Shown in pieces: positions 13,006 through 26,351 of a stretch of 64,000 bases of DNA. Origin of the DNA: Octopus vulgaris (taxonomy: Eukaryota); NCBI GenBank assembly GCA_951406725.2, contig OX597832.1, forward strand, positions 57,102,001-57,166,000, in the 5' to 3' direction. Position numbers and translations under genes: made by a program. Positions within the stretch are counted from its first letter, which is position 1. Every line of letters starts with the position of its first letter. Below the pieces are notes generated by a model, which had not been told where the DNA came from, searched no databases, and saw nothing but the letters and a program-made list of their open reading frames with translations.

Positions 13006-13008
<3 letters not shown>
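12690..13008 (-). mobile_element. SINE family B with two internal deletions
   Basis: Colinear with 2409-2803 and 56916-57316 but lacking segments. Confidence 0.8.
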
Positions 13009-13062
<54 letters not shown>

Positions 13063-13086
13063 GTTGAAACATTCCTGTCACAACCT

Positions 13087-13130
13087 GGGACCTTGAAGAC
13101 TGCTTAAATGCAAGAAAGTATACTGGTCCC
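13087..13130 (+). ncRNA. Degenerate minimal hammerhead-like motif in PLE-like fragment
   Basis: GGGACC-TTGAAGA-CTGC..GCAA-GAAA-GTATAC-T-GGTCCC: 6-bp stem I, palindromic stem III; core and cleavage site non-canonical. Confidence 0.4.
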
Positions 13131-13346
13131 TTAATATTTGATATTCAATATTTCATCTATTCAATAAGACAATCAATACTTCATTTCATTTTACTATATA
13201 TATATATATATATATATTATTTATACTATATATTCTATATTCTACATTAATATTGTAAAGAATATAAATAAAACATAAAAAGCAGACAGAGTTGGAATTC
13301 CTTTGAATAATATATATCCCTCTATACACATTCAAACAAATCCCTT

Positions 13347-13377
<31 letters not shown>

Positions 13378-14410
13378 ATGTGTGTCTGTGTGTGTGTGAA
13401 TATGTGCATAGAAGGGGTGTAGAGAGATAGGGAGAGATACGTGTATATATATATATATATATATATGTAACACGTGTGTGTTTGTGTGTGTGTCTGCCTT
13501 TCACTCCCGTTGACAAAAACTTCCTTTCTTACTCTTTTCACCATCCACCCCCTCCAAACTCCACTACACTTCCCTCCAACATTTCTTTTCTTAACATCAT
13601 TCACTGCTTCTTTCATTTGTCAAATATACGTCTCGGGGGCCCCCCACTTTAACCGAGCCGATATCGAACACTTAAACAGTAAATTATATACAGATACACA
13701 CACACACTATAAAACTACCAAACTACCACGCTACTTCTGACATTAATTTCTAATGAAATGATAAACTTTTAGATTCTTTCAGAAGAAGGAATTTCAGACT
13801 CTACAATGGTTCGTTCTTCTCTCAATAACGTGATAACTTGTTGAGAAAATAGCTTTAAAACAACCTGCCAAAATTGACTCAAGACATTTCATTCAGTTTT
13901 CTCACCCTCTTTCCTTTCTTTTTTCCCTCAGTTTCTCTCTATTTTCTTTTTCGCTTTGTCTTTCTATTCTCACTCATTCTTTCACTCACTCACTCATTCA
14001 TTCACTCATTCATTCATTCAACATATGTTTTACCTTTTACTTTTTCCTACACCCTCTTGACTTCGACGCACCCGATATTCACCCGGACCTTTATTACTGA
14101 CAAAGTTGCCAAATGTTCTTGAATTCCTTTTGTAGTTTTATCGTTTTTATTAAACATTCATTAAGATTTTTTTTCTTCCCCTCTTGTAAATTCTTGGCAG
14201 CTTGTTTTAAACAATAAAGCTTCCATTACACACACGCCGCATGTGTGTATGTATGTGTGCCTATTTCTGTTGTCCCGTAACATAGCTAGTTGACAAATGA
14301 AGTCCAAGTTATTAAGCACTTGAAGTGAAGGCAGTGGATGTCTCAACGTGACCACAGTCCTTATATCTGTGTGTGTGTGTGTGTAAAGGTAATATTTCGG
14401 CAAAAGCCTA

Positions 14411-14510
14411 TGACGTCACGAGTGACCGTGTAACACTGGCTGTTATCAGCTCAGCGGAGCTAAACAAACACACACTCGTACACACACTCACTTATCCATT
14501 ACTGACGTCA
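14411..14510. promoter_or_regulatory. Pair of perfect CRE palindromes (TGACGTCA)
   Basis: TGACGTCA at 14411-14418 and 14503-14510 in unique sequence. Confidence 0.4.
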
Positions 14511-14522
14511 TGTACTAATACC

Positions 14523-14911
14523 TATTTCTTTATTACCCACAAGGGGCTAAACACAGAGGGGACAAACAAGGACAGACATAGGTATTAAGTCGATTACATC
14601 GACCCCAGTGCGTAACTGGTACTTAATTTATCGACCCCGAAAGGATGAAAGGCAAAGTCGACCTCGGCGGAATTGGAACTCACAACGTAATGCAGACGAA
14701 ATACCTATTTCTTTATTACCCACAAGGGGCTAAACATAGATGGGACAAACAAGGACAGACAGGTATTAAGTCGATTCCATCGACCCCAGTGCATAACTGG
14801 TACTTAATTTATCGACTCCGAAAGGATGAAAGGCAAAGTCGACCTCGGCGGAATTTGAACTCACAGCGTAACGACAGACGAAATACGGCTACGCATTTCG
14901 CCCGGCGTGCT
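14523..14911 (-). mobile_element. SINE family A tandem dimer
   Basis: Junction at ~14700-14706; TSD TAATACC 14516-14522 / 14914-14920. Confidence 0.85.
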
Positions 14912-15599
14912 TATAATACCGAAACATTGTCACACACAGCAAAAACACGTTTATTATGCAGCTGGCAGTATTTAGCCACAGGTTTGAGGTTTCGACGACA
15001 TACCATTTGCCACTGATATGTCTACAACCCATAGATCTGCCTCGTATCCCAATTTCCAACTTAATTCCTAAACCAAGGAACACCAAATGACGCTAACACC
15101 AAATGACAACGCATTCGTATTGTAACGTGTCGTAAGGTTTACGTCTCAAACAGCCAGAGCATAGGTAACAGTTAAATTACATTCAGGTACATTTAATGTT
15201 TAGAAAATGACACAGATAACATATTAATAGACTACGTCGAAAGAGTTGGGTATATAAATATATATGAGTCACTACATATATACATATTATTATCTTTGTT
15301 AGCAGAAATCTATATCTATTGAATGAACGACCGTATGTATATTTGTATGTCGACAAGCAGTCATACAGATATTTTTTTGTCAATGATATTAGACGCACCC
15401 CGATTTCAGTAGCGCAAGTTTCAAGAACACAATGTTATTTAGTGCAGCCTTGGGAAGCCCAACTTTGAAATAAGACCGAGGGGTGATTTTTTTCAGTCTG
15501 TTTTCTTTTCTTCTTTTCTGTCTTTCATTTCTTTCTTTTTTTTCTTTCTTTTTATTTTTGTTCTTTTTTCTTTTGAAAAACGCTCACCAAATAGTAAGT

Positions 15600-15915
15600 T
15601 CTGGCGTGGCCGTATGGTAAGAAGCCTGCTTCCCAACCGCATGCTACCGGGTTCAGTGTCACTGTGTCACACCTTGGGCAAGTGTCTTCTACTGTTGTCT
15701 TGGGCCGACCAAAAACTTGTGACCGGATTTCGTAGATGGAAACTGAAAGAAGCCCGTCGTAGGCGTGGCTGTGGTAAGAAGCTTGCTTCCTAACCACATG
15801 GCTCCAGGTTCAGTGCCACTGTGTGCACCTTGGGCAAGTGTCTTCTACTATTGCTCAGACCAACCAAAGCCTTGTTCATGGATTTGGTAGATAGAAACTG
15901 AAAGAAGCTCATCAT
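15600..15915 (+). mobile_element. Two tandem SINE family B heads
   Basis: tRNA head + CACCTTGGGCAAGTGTCTTC + ACTGAAAGAAGC occurs twice. Confidence 0.8.
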
Positions 15916-15944
15916 ATATATATATATATATATATATATGTGGA

Positions 15945-16329
15945 ATGGAAGCACTCCATCGGTTACGACGACGAGGGTTCTGGTTGATCCGAATCAACGG
16001 AACAGCCTGCTCGTGAAATTAACGTGCAAGTGGCTGAGCACTCCACAGACACGTGTACCCTTAACGTAGTTCTCGGGGATATTCAGCGTGACACAGAGAG
16101 TGACAAGGCCGGCCCTTTAAAATACAAGTACAACAGAAACAGGAAGTAAGAGTGAGAGAAAGTTGTGGTGAAAGAGTACAGCAGGGATCACCACCATCTC
16201 CTGCCGGAGCTTCGTAGAGCTTTAGGTGTTTTCGCTCAATAAACACTCACAACGCCCAGTCTGGGAATCGAAACCACGATCCTATGACCGCGAGTCCGCT
16301 GCCCTAACCACTGGGCCATTGCGCCTCCA
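15945..16329 (-). mobile_element. SINE family C (tRNA-derived)
   Basis: Minus: GGAGGCGCAATGGCCCAGTGGTTAGGGCAGCGGACTCGCGG..GGTTTCGATTCCC (A/B boxes); homologous to 27872-28174 and 30356-30720. Confidence 0.85.
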
Positions 16330-16366
16330 CTATATATATGTATGTATATACATACATACATACATA

Positions 16367-17709
16367 CAGGGTGTCCCAAAAAGATGTACTCACTCTTTGA
16401 CAGACGATTACTAATGTATTGTTTTTTTTTTGTTTTTTTATTTCAGACACAACCAACCCTTCACAATGGCAAATGCACAACCAACGTTTGAGGAAAAATA
16501 ATTTATATTAAAGTGCTACTGGAAGCACGAAAATGTCAAGGAAGTGCAAAGACAATTTAACAGACAGTTTCAGAATAAACCACCAACACGACGCGCTATT
16601 GCTCGCATCAGAGATAAATTTGAAGCATACGGAACTGTTCAGAACATTAGTAAGCAACGCTCTGGAAGACCATGAACATCCACCAGCCCCAATAGACTCA
16701 ACCAGTTAATGGAAACCCTTTCACGATCTCCAAAGAAATCCGTAAGACAATTGAGTCATGAGATAGGAATCCCAAAATCAAGTGTTCATTGAATGTTGAA
16801 ACAAGCTCATTGGAAAAGTTACGTTCCAACATTAATTCAAGCTCTCAATGAAGATGATCCTGGTCAGAGAGTTTAATTTTGCGAATGGTATCAGGACAAA
16901 TTTGCAGAGGATGCAACGTTTCCAGAGAAAATCTTATGGAGCGATGAGGCCACCTTCAAGTTAAATGGATCAGTCAACCGACATAATTGCACATACTGGG
17001 CCCATGAAAATCCACATTTTACTAAGGAGCACCGTCTGAACTTACCAGGTGTGACAGTGTGGTGTGGGATGTCAACATTGGACCATTTTTGGGGGGGGCC
17101 AAACTGACAGTGGCCCAGTTTAATTAGACTGATGGAAAATGTCGGTCCATGAATTGAAGAGATGTTTGGGGGCGAGGAGATTTACTTCCAGCCAGATGGA
17201 GCTCCTCCTCACTACCATCGGGATGTACGGGCTTACCTCAATGCAACGAATCCAAACAAATGGATTGGGAGAAGAGGTAGCGTTGAATTTCCTGCACGTT
17301 CCCCAGACCTTACGCCAATGGATTTTTTTTTTTTTTATGGAGACATCTCAAAGATAAGCTTTATGCTGCAAAACCAGTGACAATTGATGATTTGAAAAAT
17401 GAAATTTGAATACAATGTATTGCAATTCCAATTGAAATGTTTGGTAATGTTGTCGAATCCATTGTCGGACGTTATCAGCTTTGTTTGTGAAAATGAAGAA
17501 AGGCAGTTTGAACATTTGCGAACACACAGGAATGAGAGAGAACATTAAATAATTCTAAATGACAATAAATAATCGTTTCTACAACAATTTATTTTCCTGA
17601 ATTTAATTTAACTTTTTAGGATTCTATGTAAATCAATAAACATCTACTTGAACACAAAATGCATGAGTACTGGGAAGTCAAAGAGTGAGTACATCTTTTT
17701 GGGACACCC

Positions 17710-17711
<2 letters not shown>
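16367..17711 (+). mobile_element. Near full-length Tc1/mariner superfamily transposon, DD41D (rosa-type), transposase pseudogene
   Basis: 33-bp perfect TIRs 16369-16401 / 17677-17709 in TA context. Disrupted ORF from ATG 16466 with [18 protein letters not shown] and SPDLTPMD motifs; 41 residues between 2nd and 3rd D. Confidence 0.92.
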
Positions 17712-17744
<33 letters not shown>

Positions 17745-17884
17745 TCACCGTGATCACCGTGACCGACCAGACCATCAGATGTTGTTACACATCGCTGGTC
17801 ACAATGCGTTCGCATTTTGTTTTAGCCTTCGAATGACGCCACCCCGCTGGCTAAGCGAGCAGGCTAATATATATATATATATAA

Positions 17885-18081
17885 TGTAACCACGTATGAA
17901 TCTTTGGCAATTTTCTTCCTCCATATTCCCTTCTTTTGGACTATTCTCTATTTCTGAAGAAGAGCTTTGCTTGAAACATTAAACTAACTTTCTTTCCTTT
18001 CCTAAGCGTCTGCTAAATACATTGCATGCACCATGTCCTCACATTGTTGCTTTTTCATGTTTGTTCTTCATTTTTTGAATT

Positions 18082-18085
<4 letters not shown>
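17885..18085 (+). mobile_element. PLE-like pseudo-LTR fragment with hammerhead motif at 17951-17983
   Basis: TTT-CTGAAGA-A-GAGC-TTT-GCTT-GAAA-CATT-AAA; embedded in (TA)n; related to 27040-27230. Confidence 0.6.
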
Positions 18086-18117
<32 letters not shown>

Positions 18118-18472
18118 CATCCTGCTACTGTCCCTAATCGGTGGGTCGAAAGGATCGTTGTACAAAATAAAGATTAATTCCAAATCCATCTTCTGGTTAC
18201 TTAATCAATTATCGTTATCTCAGCTAACACTGCGGAATTCCCAAAGTAGATCCAACGGAAATATTCCCCGCCTGCGGATGACACTTATTGGCATATACCC
18301 CTTAATCTAAAATATTCCATATGTATATATATATATATATACTTAAATATAAGAGAGTTACCGCTAAGTGGTTAACTCTAGTGCTAAAAATAGCTCCTTT
18401 TTCTGGTATAGCCACCTAATTTTTCACCCTCATTTATGAATATCATCATACACATACACATATATATATATT

Positions 18473-18517
<45 letters not shown>

Positions 18518-18520
<3 letters not shown>

Positions 18521-18682
18521 TCTCTCCTTGTTTCTTTTCTGTGTATCTTTCGGTCGAAGAGCGTAGGCTCGAAACGTAAAAGACTTGTTTTATTTCTATT
18601 CCTGAGTGCCATACTAATACATTGTTTGTTTGTACTCCACCTGCCTTCGTCTTTTGTTTATTTTCGTAAACCTTCCCGTTAT
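18518..18682 (+). mobile_element. PLE-like pseudo-LTR fragment with variant hammerhead at 18546-18583
   Basis: TCTTT-CGGTCGA-A-GAGC-GTAG-GCTC-GAAA-CGTA-AAAGA; (TA)n on both sides; same family as 37080-37290 and 59590-59715. Confidence 0.65.
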
Positions 18683-18722
<40 letters not shown>

Positions 18723-19904
18723 GTTTCGAAGCCTGCTCTGTGATTCTTTTGTGTCACCAAAAATAAGTCAGGTCTTGAATGTATTGTCATGTGATGAAAT
18801 ATGGATTCTATTATAGCAACCAATGGTATTCCACACACCAGCTGGTTCAAGGTGTAGCACTGCCACACTTTCCCATACCAAATCTACATTGAAAAAAGGT
18901 TTTGGACTCTGTTTCAAAGTTGGTATATGGAATCATTCATTACTATTTCTTGAATTCTGGAGAATCCATCACAGCATAAAACCATTTCCAGGAGATTGGC
19001 ACAGGGCATCAAGAACTGGCAACATTTATGTCTAGCATCGGTTGATAACAAAAATACCGATTTTCTGTAACCACTTGATAACATGTCTCACAAACATCTC
19101 CAGAAAAATTGATCAAACTGGGATACAAGAATATATCTCACCCAGACATCTCTTGGACCAATTCCATTTTTCTCAAGCTTCATGATAACTTCCTGCAAAA
19201 GATGGTCTTCCACAAGCAAGCAGCAACTCAAAATGTCCTCAAAGAGTTTGTTGGTTTCCAAAGGCCACCAAATAGCTTGTGAGTGAGTTTCATAGACAGA
19301 AATAATATGGAAGCCCATCATGTGTGTGTGTGTATGTTGTTATACCTTTAAAAAAAACTGACGTGATGGTCATGGCTAGGACGTTTTTGATCATAATTCT
19401 GTACAAAAAAACTCAGCGGAAGAACATAACATGTACTGCTTGGGCCAAAAATCGAACCTGCAATTGGTAGCTCATGAGTGCAACGCCTTAACCACTGGGC
19501 CACATCCCTTCAAAATTATACCTTTAAAAAAAAAACTGACATGATGGTCATGGCTAGGACGTCTTCGATCGTAATTCTGCACAATGAAAACTGAGTTGAG
19601 TCTAAATACACAACCACAACAAAATTTTCAGTAGTGTCTGCTAATTAGGAGGTGTATAACCGTGAAATGGTTCAATATATATATACATATATCAAACATT
19701 TGGCTAATTACCAGCGTTATGCTGTATCAAAGAGTGTGGCAGCGTGGCCTAATAGAAGTTGTATGACCACAAGCCATGCTTTATGCGACACGCTTTTGTT
19801 TTCACTGTTGCTTGGTAAACTGCATTACAATATAAAGATAGAGAGAATTTATAATTAAAGCCAGGAGCTGAACACAGCCTGGAGTTATAGATCTGCCAAA
19901 GTAG

Positions 19905-20059
19905 GTGTGTGTGTAGTGTGTGTGTATGTGCGAGGGAGAGTGTGTGTGTGTGTGTGTGAGGGTGAGTGTGTGTTTGTGTTTGTGTGAGTGTAGTATGTGG
20001 GTGTGCGTGGGGAGAGGAGGGGAGAGAGAAAGATGTGGGGGAGAGTGAAAAGACGTACA

Positions 20060-20092
<33 letters not shown>

Positions 20093-20268
20093 AGGAGATG
20101 GGGTAGATTGAAAAGACGTACAGAATGTGTGTGTGTGCATGTGTGTATATGTGTGTGTGTGTGTGCGCGTGTGTGTGTGTGTAAGAGAGAGAGGGAGACA
20201 GAAAGAAAGATGGAGAGATGTGGGGCAGACTGAAAAGACATGCAGACTCTGTGTGTGTGTGTGTATGT

Positions 20269-20306
<38 letters not shown>

Positions 20307-20520
20307 AAGAAAGAGGCAGAGACGTGGGACACACTATAAAGACATCCAGACTCTGTGTGTGTGTGTGTGTGTGTGAGTAAGGGAGAGAGATGTGGAGGAG
20401 AGCGAAAAGACATGAAGACCGTATGTCTGTGTGAGAACAGAGCAGAGATGGACAGTATAGGTGCACGTGTGTGTGTGTGTATGTATGCATAATTGTACAT
20501 GTGCGTGTGTGTGTGTCTGT
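19905..20520. repeat. Compound (TG)n/(AG)n array with five recurring ~30-bp anchor motifs
   Basis: GATGTGGGG...AAAGAC anchors near 20032, 20096, 20216, 20320, 20388. Confidence 0.8.
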
Positions 20521-20577
20521 GTCTGTGTTTGTCCCCACACCATTGCTTAACAACCGATGTCGGTGTGTTTACGTACC

Positions 20578-20809
20578 TATTTCTTTATTACCCACAAGGA
20601 GCTAAACATAGAGGGGACAATCAAGGACAGACATAGGTATTAAGTCGATTACATCGATCCCAGTGCGTAACTGGTACTTAATTTATCGACCCCGAAAGGA
20701 TGAAAGGCAAAGTCGACCTTGGTGGAATTTGAACTCACAACGTAGCGGCAGACGAAATACGACTACGCATTTCGCCCGGCGTGCTAACGTTTCTGCCAGC
20801 TCACCGCCT
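20578..20809 (-). mobile_element. SINE family A inserted into a SINE B 3' half (20515-20965, +)
   Basis: TSD TTTACGTACC 20568-20577 / TTTACATACC 20810-20819; host sequence resumes after it. Confidence 0.88.
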
Positions 20810-21471
20810 TTTACATACCCGTCACTTAGCAGTTCAGCAAAAAGAGACCGATAGAATAAGTACTAGGCTTACAAAGAATAAATCCTGGAGTCAATTTGTT
20901 TGACTAAAAGCGGTGCTCCAGCATGGCCTCAGTCAAATGACTGAAACACTTGAAAGAGTAAAAGCGCATGTCTAGATATGCAGCTATATGCATCAATATA
21001 CATACGTAACAGAAAACATACAGATTTGCACATGCACTGATGCCAAATACTTGCATGTATACTTAGACATACGTGGACAACTATGCTATTGATGTCGTTG
21101 AAATTCCAATGAAAGAGCCTTGGGTCTAAGAAAACTGTTCTTCAATTGGCAGAAAGATCTAGAAATACAACACACATCCATGCATACTTACATACAAACA
21201 TACATATATATATATACATACATACATACATACATGCATGCAGATGTGAGTGTATGTATGTGTATATAAATGTGAATATGCGTGTGCGTATATGTATGTG
21301 TATATGTGTGTGTGTGTGTTCTGTCTCTATGTGAATGTATATCTATATATTTGTATGCATGTGTGTATGTATGTATGTGTATGTATGTATATATGTATGT
21401 ATGCGTATATATGTGTGTCTGTTTGTATGAGGGTATATATATATATGTGTGTGTTTATTATATATGTATAT

Positions 21472-21512
<41 letters not shown>

Positions 21513-21749
21513 TATATTTACATATACATATATATATATATTTACATACCATCATGATGATGATGATGATGATATGTAAATATATATATATGTATATGTA
21601 AATATATATGTAAATATATATATGTATATGTACAGATTGGAGTCTGGTGCAGCCATCTGGTTTGCCAGACCTCAGCCAAACCGTCCAAGCCATGCTAGCA
21701 TGGAAAGCGGACGTTAACTGATGATGATGATGATGATGATGATGATATT

Positions 21750-21781
<32 letters not shown>

Positions 21782-22367
21782 ATCTCCTACTAATGGCATT
21801 ACCCTATTATTATACATATATATATGTGTGTGTGTGTGTGTGTGTATACATATATATATGTATGCATATACACAAACACACACACACACATATATATATG
21901 CACATATGTATGTGTGTGTGTGTGTGTGTGTGCGTCTATGTAAGTAGATGTGTGAGTGTGTCAGAAGTAGGATGGGAGGGGAAGGGCTGTTACATTCCTT
22001 CACATCTCTCATCAACCATGGGCGTGTCCAGAACTCTGCCAGTACAACCAGCCTCTCCAGCACCCTGATATCCGGAGAACCACCTGCACAATAAAGTCTT
22101 CAAGTTTGCTTCTTCCTTTCTTTTCCCTCCACTTTCTTCTTTCTTTCTTTTGCTCTTTCTTTTGTTTCTTTTTTCCTTCTTTTCTTTTTTGTACTATTTT
22201 CTTTTTATGAATCTATTTACCATGATTCTTTCTCTAAGACTATCAGATCAACAAAGAACCAACCGACTAACTAATCAATCAACTAATGAACCAGCCAAAT
22301 ACATGCGTGTGTATGTATATATATATATATATATATAAACAAAATAAGCAACAAGAATAACTTCGGT

Positions 22368-22458
22368 AATTTGGTACAATTGTTTCGCACTACATCATTT
22401 TATTAAAAGTTGTAAGTATTACAACAGATTTAAGATGCTGAGTGCTCATCAGCCAATT
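22368..22458 (-). ncRNA. Type I hammerhead ribozyme, canonical core, long stem II, in PLE-like fragment (22337-22500)
   Basis: Minus: AATTGG-CTGATGA-GCACT..CATC-TTAAA..GTTGTAA-TAC-TTACAAC..TTTAA..GATG..AGTGC-GAAA-CAATTG-TA^CCAAATT; all three stems pair, GUA cleavage triplet. Confidence 0.8.
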
Positions 22459-23589
22459 ATATAGGTTTTCCATTTATATAAAAGCTTTCAAATCAAGTAG
22501 CAACATTATAGAGAAGGTAGATATATATATATACACACACAGATATATAGAAACACATACACACACAGGCATATATGGACACACATACATAATTGTATGT
22601 ATATATGCTCTTATTCTTTTATTTTCTTACTGGTTTCAGTTATTTGACTGTGGCCATACTGGAGCACAAACTTGAAGGACTGAGGTATGGAGGAAGATTT
22701 TAATTCAAAACTCATGAAAACAAGACAAAGCCGGTTTCAGCCAAGCTGGTAACAAAAGGGTTAAACAAGAATGTTATCGACAGTGACTTCGAAGTTCCAG
22801 CCAGTTAAGCCATCATCAGATAGATTGATATAAATAATTATCATCATCTTCATTATCATTTCAATGCCCACCTCTCCTTGCTTACATGGATCAAACTAAA
22901 TTCATAGAGGCAGAGTTTATACAACCAGATGCCTTTCCTGTCACCAACCCACATTAAATGTCTCTGTCGCTGGCACAAACATCTCACCACTGATTGAGAC
23001 CATAATCCCAATGAATCTTTTAATTTCTTCATTTTAATCAATTAGGAATTTCAGAGTTATTTCCCTTGGCTTTTTTTGACAAAAATTGTCATTAAGGCTA
23101 ACAATTTATTTTTTTTTTAACTTTTCATTACAGATATAATTGCTATTGAGTAAACATCTTTTATTTATTTATTTTTTTTGCAGCTCACTCCCCTTCTTTC
23201 CTCTCTCTCCCCCTCTCCATATCTTCCCTCCCTCCCAATTCTCTTTGCCTTCTCTTTCACAATATTGAATCTTCAATCTGAAAACCTTCACCACTCCCTG
23301 GAATTAGTGACTATTGATTATGGATTTATTTTACACATATATGAATAATTAAATGGTTAACGAGCTGACTAAGAAGGCCTCTGTGTAGTTGGTTGACCTG
23401 CTACAAACAGCAGCCAAGACTCACTCAAATCATACTCCACTGTCTGAGAGAGAAGAGAAAAGGATGAACTTGTTTGGATGATGGTGTTCTAGGTGCACTA
23501 TTCCATGAGAGAAAGGGGATAGAGTGATGGTCATGGGTGGAATCTATTTAGATCAGAGGTCTGCTCAGTTAAACTGACCATGGGTTAAA

Positions 23590-24590
<1,001 letters not shown>

Positions 24591-24886
24591 TGTTTCAGTC
24601 CCCTTATCCATGCTTGCATGAGTCAAATGGATTTCATTGAGGCAGATTTTTCATGGCTGGATTGGATGCCTCTCCTTTTTTTAAAAAAACCACAATAGCG
24701 AAACTAACAACTGGAACAAAAGCTTGACTATGGATAGCCGTGTGGTAAGGATGTTTTCTTCCCAAACTGCAGGGAACTGGGTTCAGTTCCACTACGTGGA
24801 ACCTTGGACAACTGTTTTTTACTACAGTCCTGGGCCGACCAAAGCTTTGCCAGTGGATTTGTACACACACTCACACACACACACAC

Positions 24887-24920
<34 letters not shown>

Positions 24921-24927
24921 GTGTGTA

Positions 24928-24981
<54 letters not shown>

Positions 24982-25199
24982 CATATGTGTGTCTTGGTGT
25001 CTGTCTCTGCCAACCACCACAGATTGACAATTAATGTTGATGTGTTTATTCTATCAATCTCTTTCTCAGTTTGTCAAAAGTACTGTGTTCAAAAACAAAC
25101 GAATACTTGGGTCAATTTGTTTGACTACAATTCTTCAAAACAGTGCTCCAACATGGCCACAGTCTAATAACTGAAACAGGTAAAAGAAAGGATTTTTAA

Positions 25200-25620
25200 A
25201 ATTTGACAGAAGGACAAGAAACCAAAAATTTAAAGAGACATTGATGCAACAGATAAAAGAAGCAGAGAGAGGGAAACACAAGGGAATTGGCATGTTCTTC
25301 AGGTGAAACAAGACCTTTGAAGAATGTATCAAAACGTCCACCTGTGATCTGGGCAAGAACAAGATAACTGTCAAAGAAATACTCAATAATATCAAAGGAG
25401 TCAAAGAGTTTAGGAGTTCTTGGAGAAGGCTTAAAATATACCAAAAGAATTACATGGATCCTACAATAACAGGGCCAACTTGAAAATACGCAGCACCAGA
25501 AATGGTCAGACATCAACACCAGTGAATACACTGTTTCTATAAACATGTCTAATAAATGGAAGGCACTGGGGTACATGGAATTGCCAGCTTCTGGATCAAG
25601 AACCTGTCCAGCATCTCTGT
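25200..25620 (+). mobile_element. Highly decayed non-LTR retrotransposon ORF fragment (pre-RT region)
   Basis: Reads NKWKALGVHGIASFWIKNL across a frameshift, resembling the WKAPGPDG.. motif upstream of LINE RT domains. Confidence 0.4.
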
Positions 25621-25996
25621 GAACACCTCCTCACTTAGGTCTACAATGACATCATCAGAAGTCTTCAGAAATGCCTGGAATTGTTCACGTGTAGAGCCTG
25701 AAGAATTACAGACCCATCGTCTACCAACTTGGTTACCAATAATGTAAAAGTTCATTATCACTGCCATTACCAAAAAGACCTTAGCTTCTTTGACAAAAAC
25801 AACCCTTTACCCAAAAAGGTAACTACTGATGCAAGGATGTATCTCTCCCCCACCTTTGATTTTGAGAAAAGCATAGGGTTGTTCTGACTTCCTTGATATG
25901 ATACTGTTTGATCCCCAGCTATTTTATGTAATATATGAGATATTTGCATAGTTCAGGAAAATGTATCTGAAGCTTTAACATTGATTGTTGTATTTA

Positions 25997-26096
25997 TTGT
26001 GGGACACTGATGAGGCGAGGTGTCTGATTGCATAATGTTCTTCTAGAGTTATGTAATCATTTTGGCATTTTGCTGAAACACATGTAAGCCCTATAA
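25997..26096 (+). ncRNA. Type I hammerhead motif with long stem II
   Basis: CTGATGA 26007-26013; stem II GGCGAGGTGTC/GGCATTTTGCT plus TGATTGCATAAT/GTTATGTAATCA; GAAA 26075-26078; ACACATGT stem III; GUA at 26084-26086; stem I partly mismatched. Confidence 0.65.
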
Positions 26097-26351
26097 AGCA
26101 TTGAATACTACATTGGTTTTCTGCTTATTAGTATTTTTTCTGTGTACATATATACATAGCCATACATCATTCTTTTATCTTTAACTTGTTTCAGCCATAG
26201 TTGAACATGTTGACTCCCAGTAATTATTTTAAAACTTGGCACTTTTTCTGTTGGCCTCTCATGTTGAACTACTACATTATAGAGACATAAACAAACCAAC
26301 AAACGTTATCAAGTAATGTCCATATATATATATATATATATATATATAAAG

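Noticed and set aside
16260-16329. tRNA-like sequences (also 30356, 45053, 48865, 55464)
   Set aside because: SINE heads: A/B boxes present but no complete cloverleaf and they continue into SINE bodies
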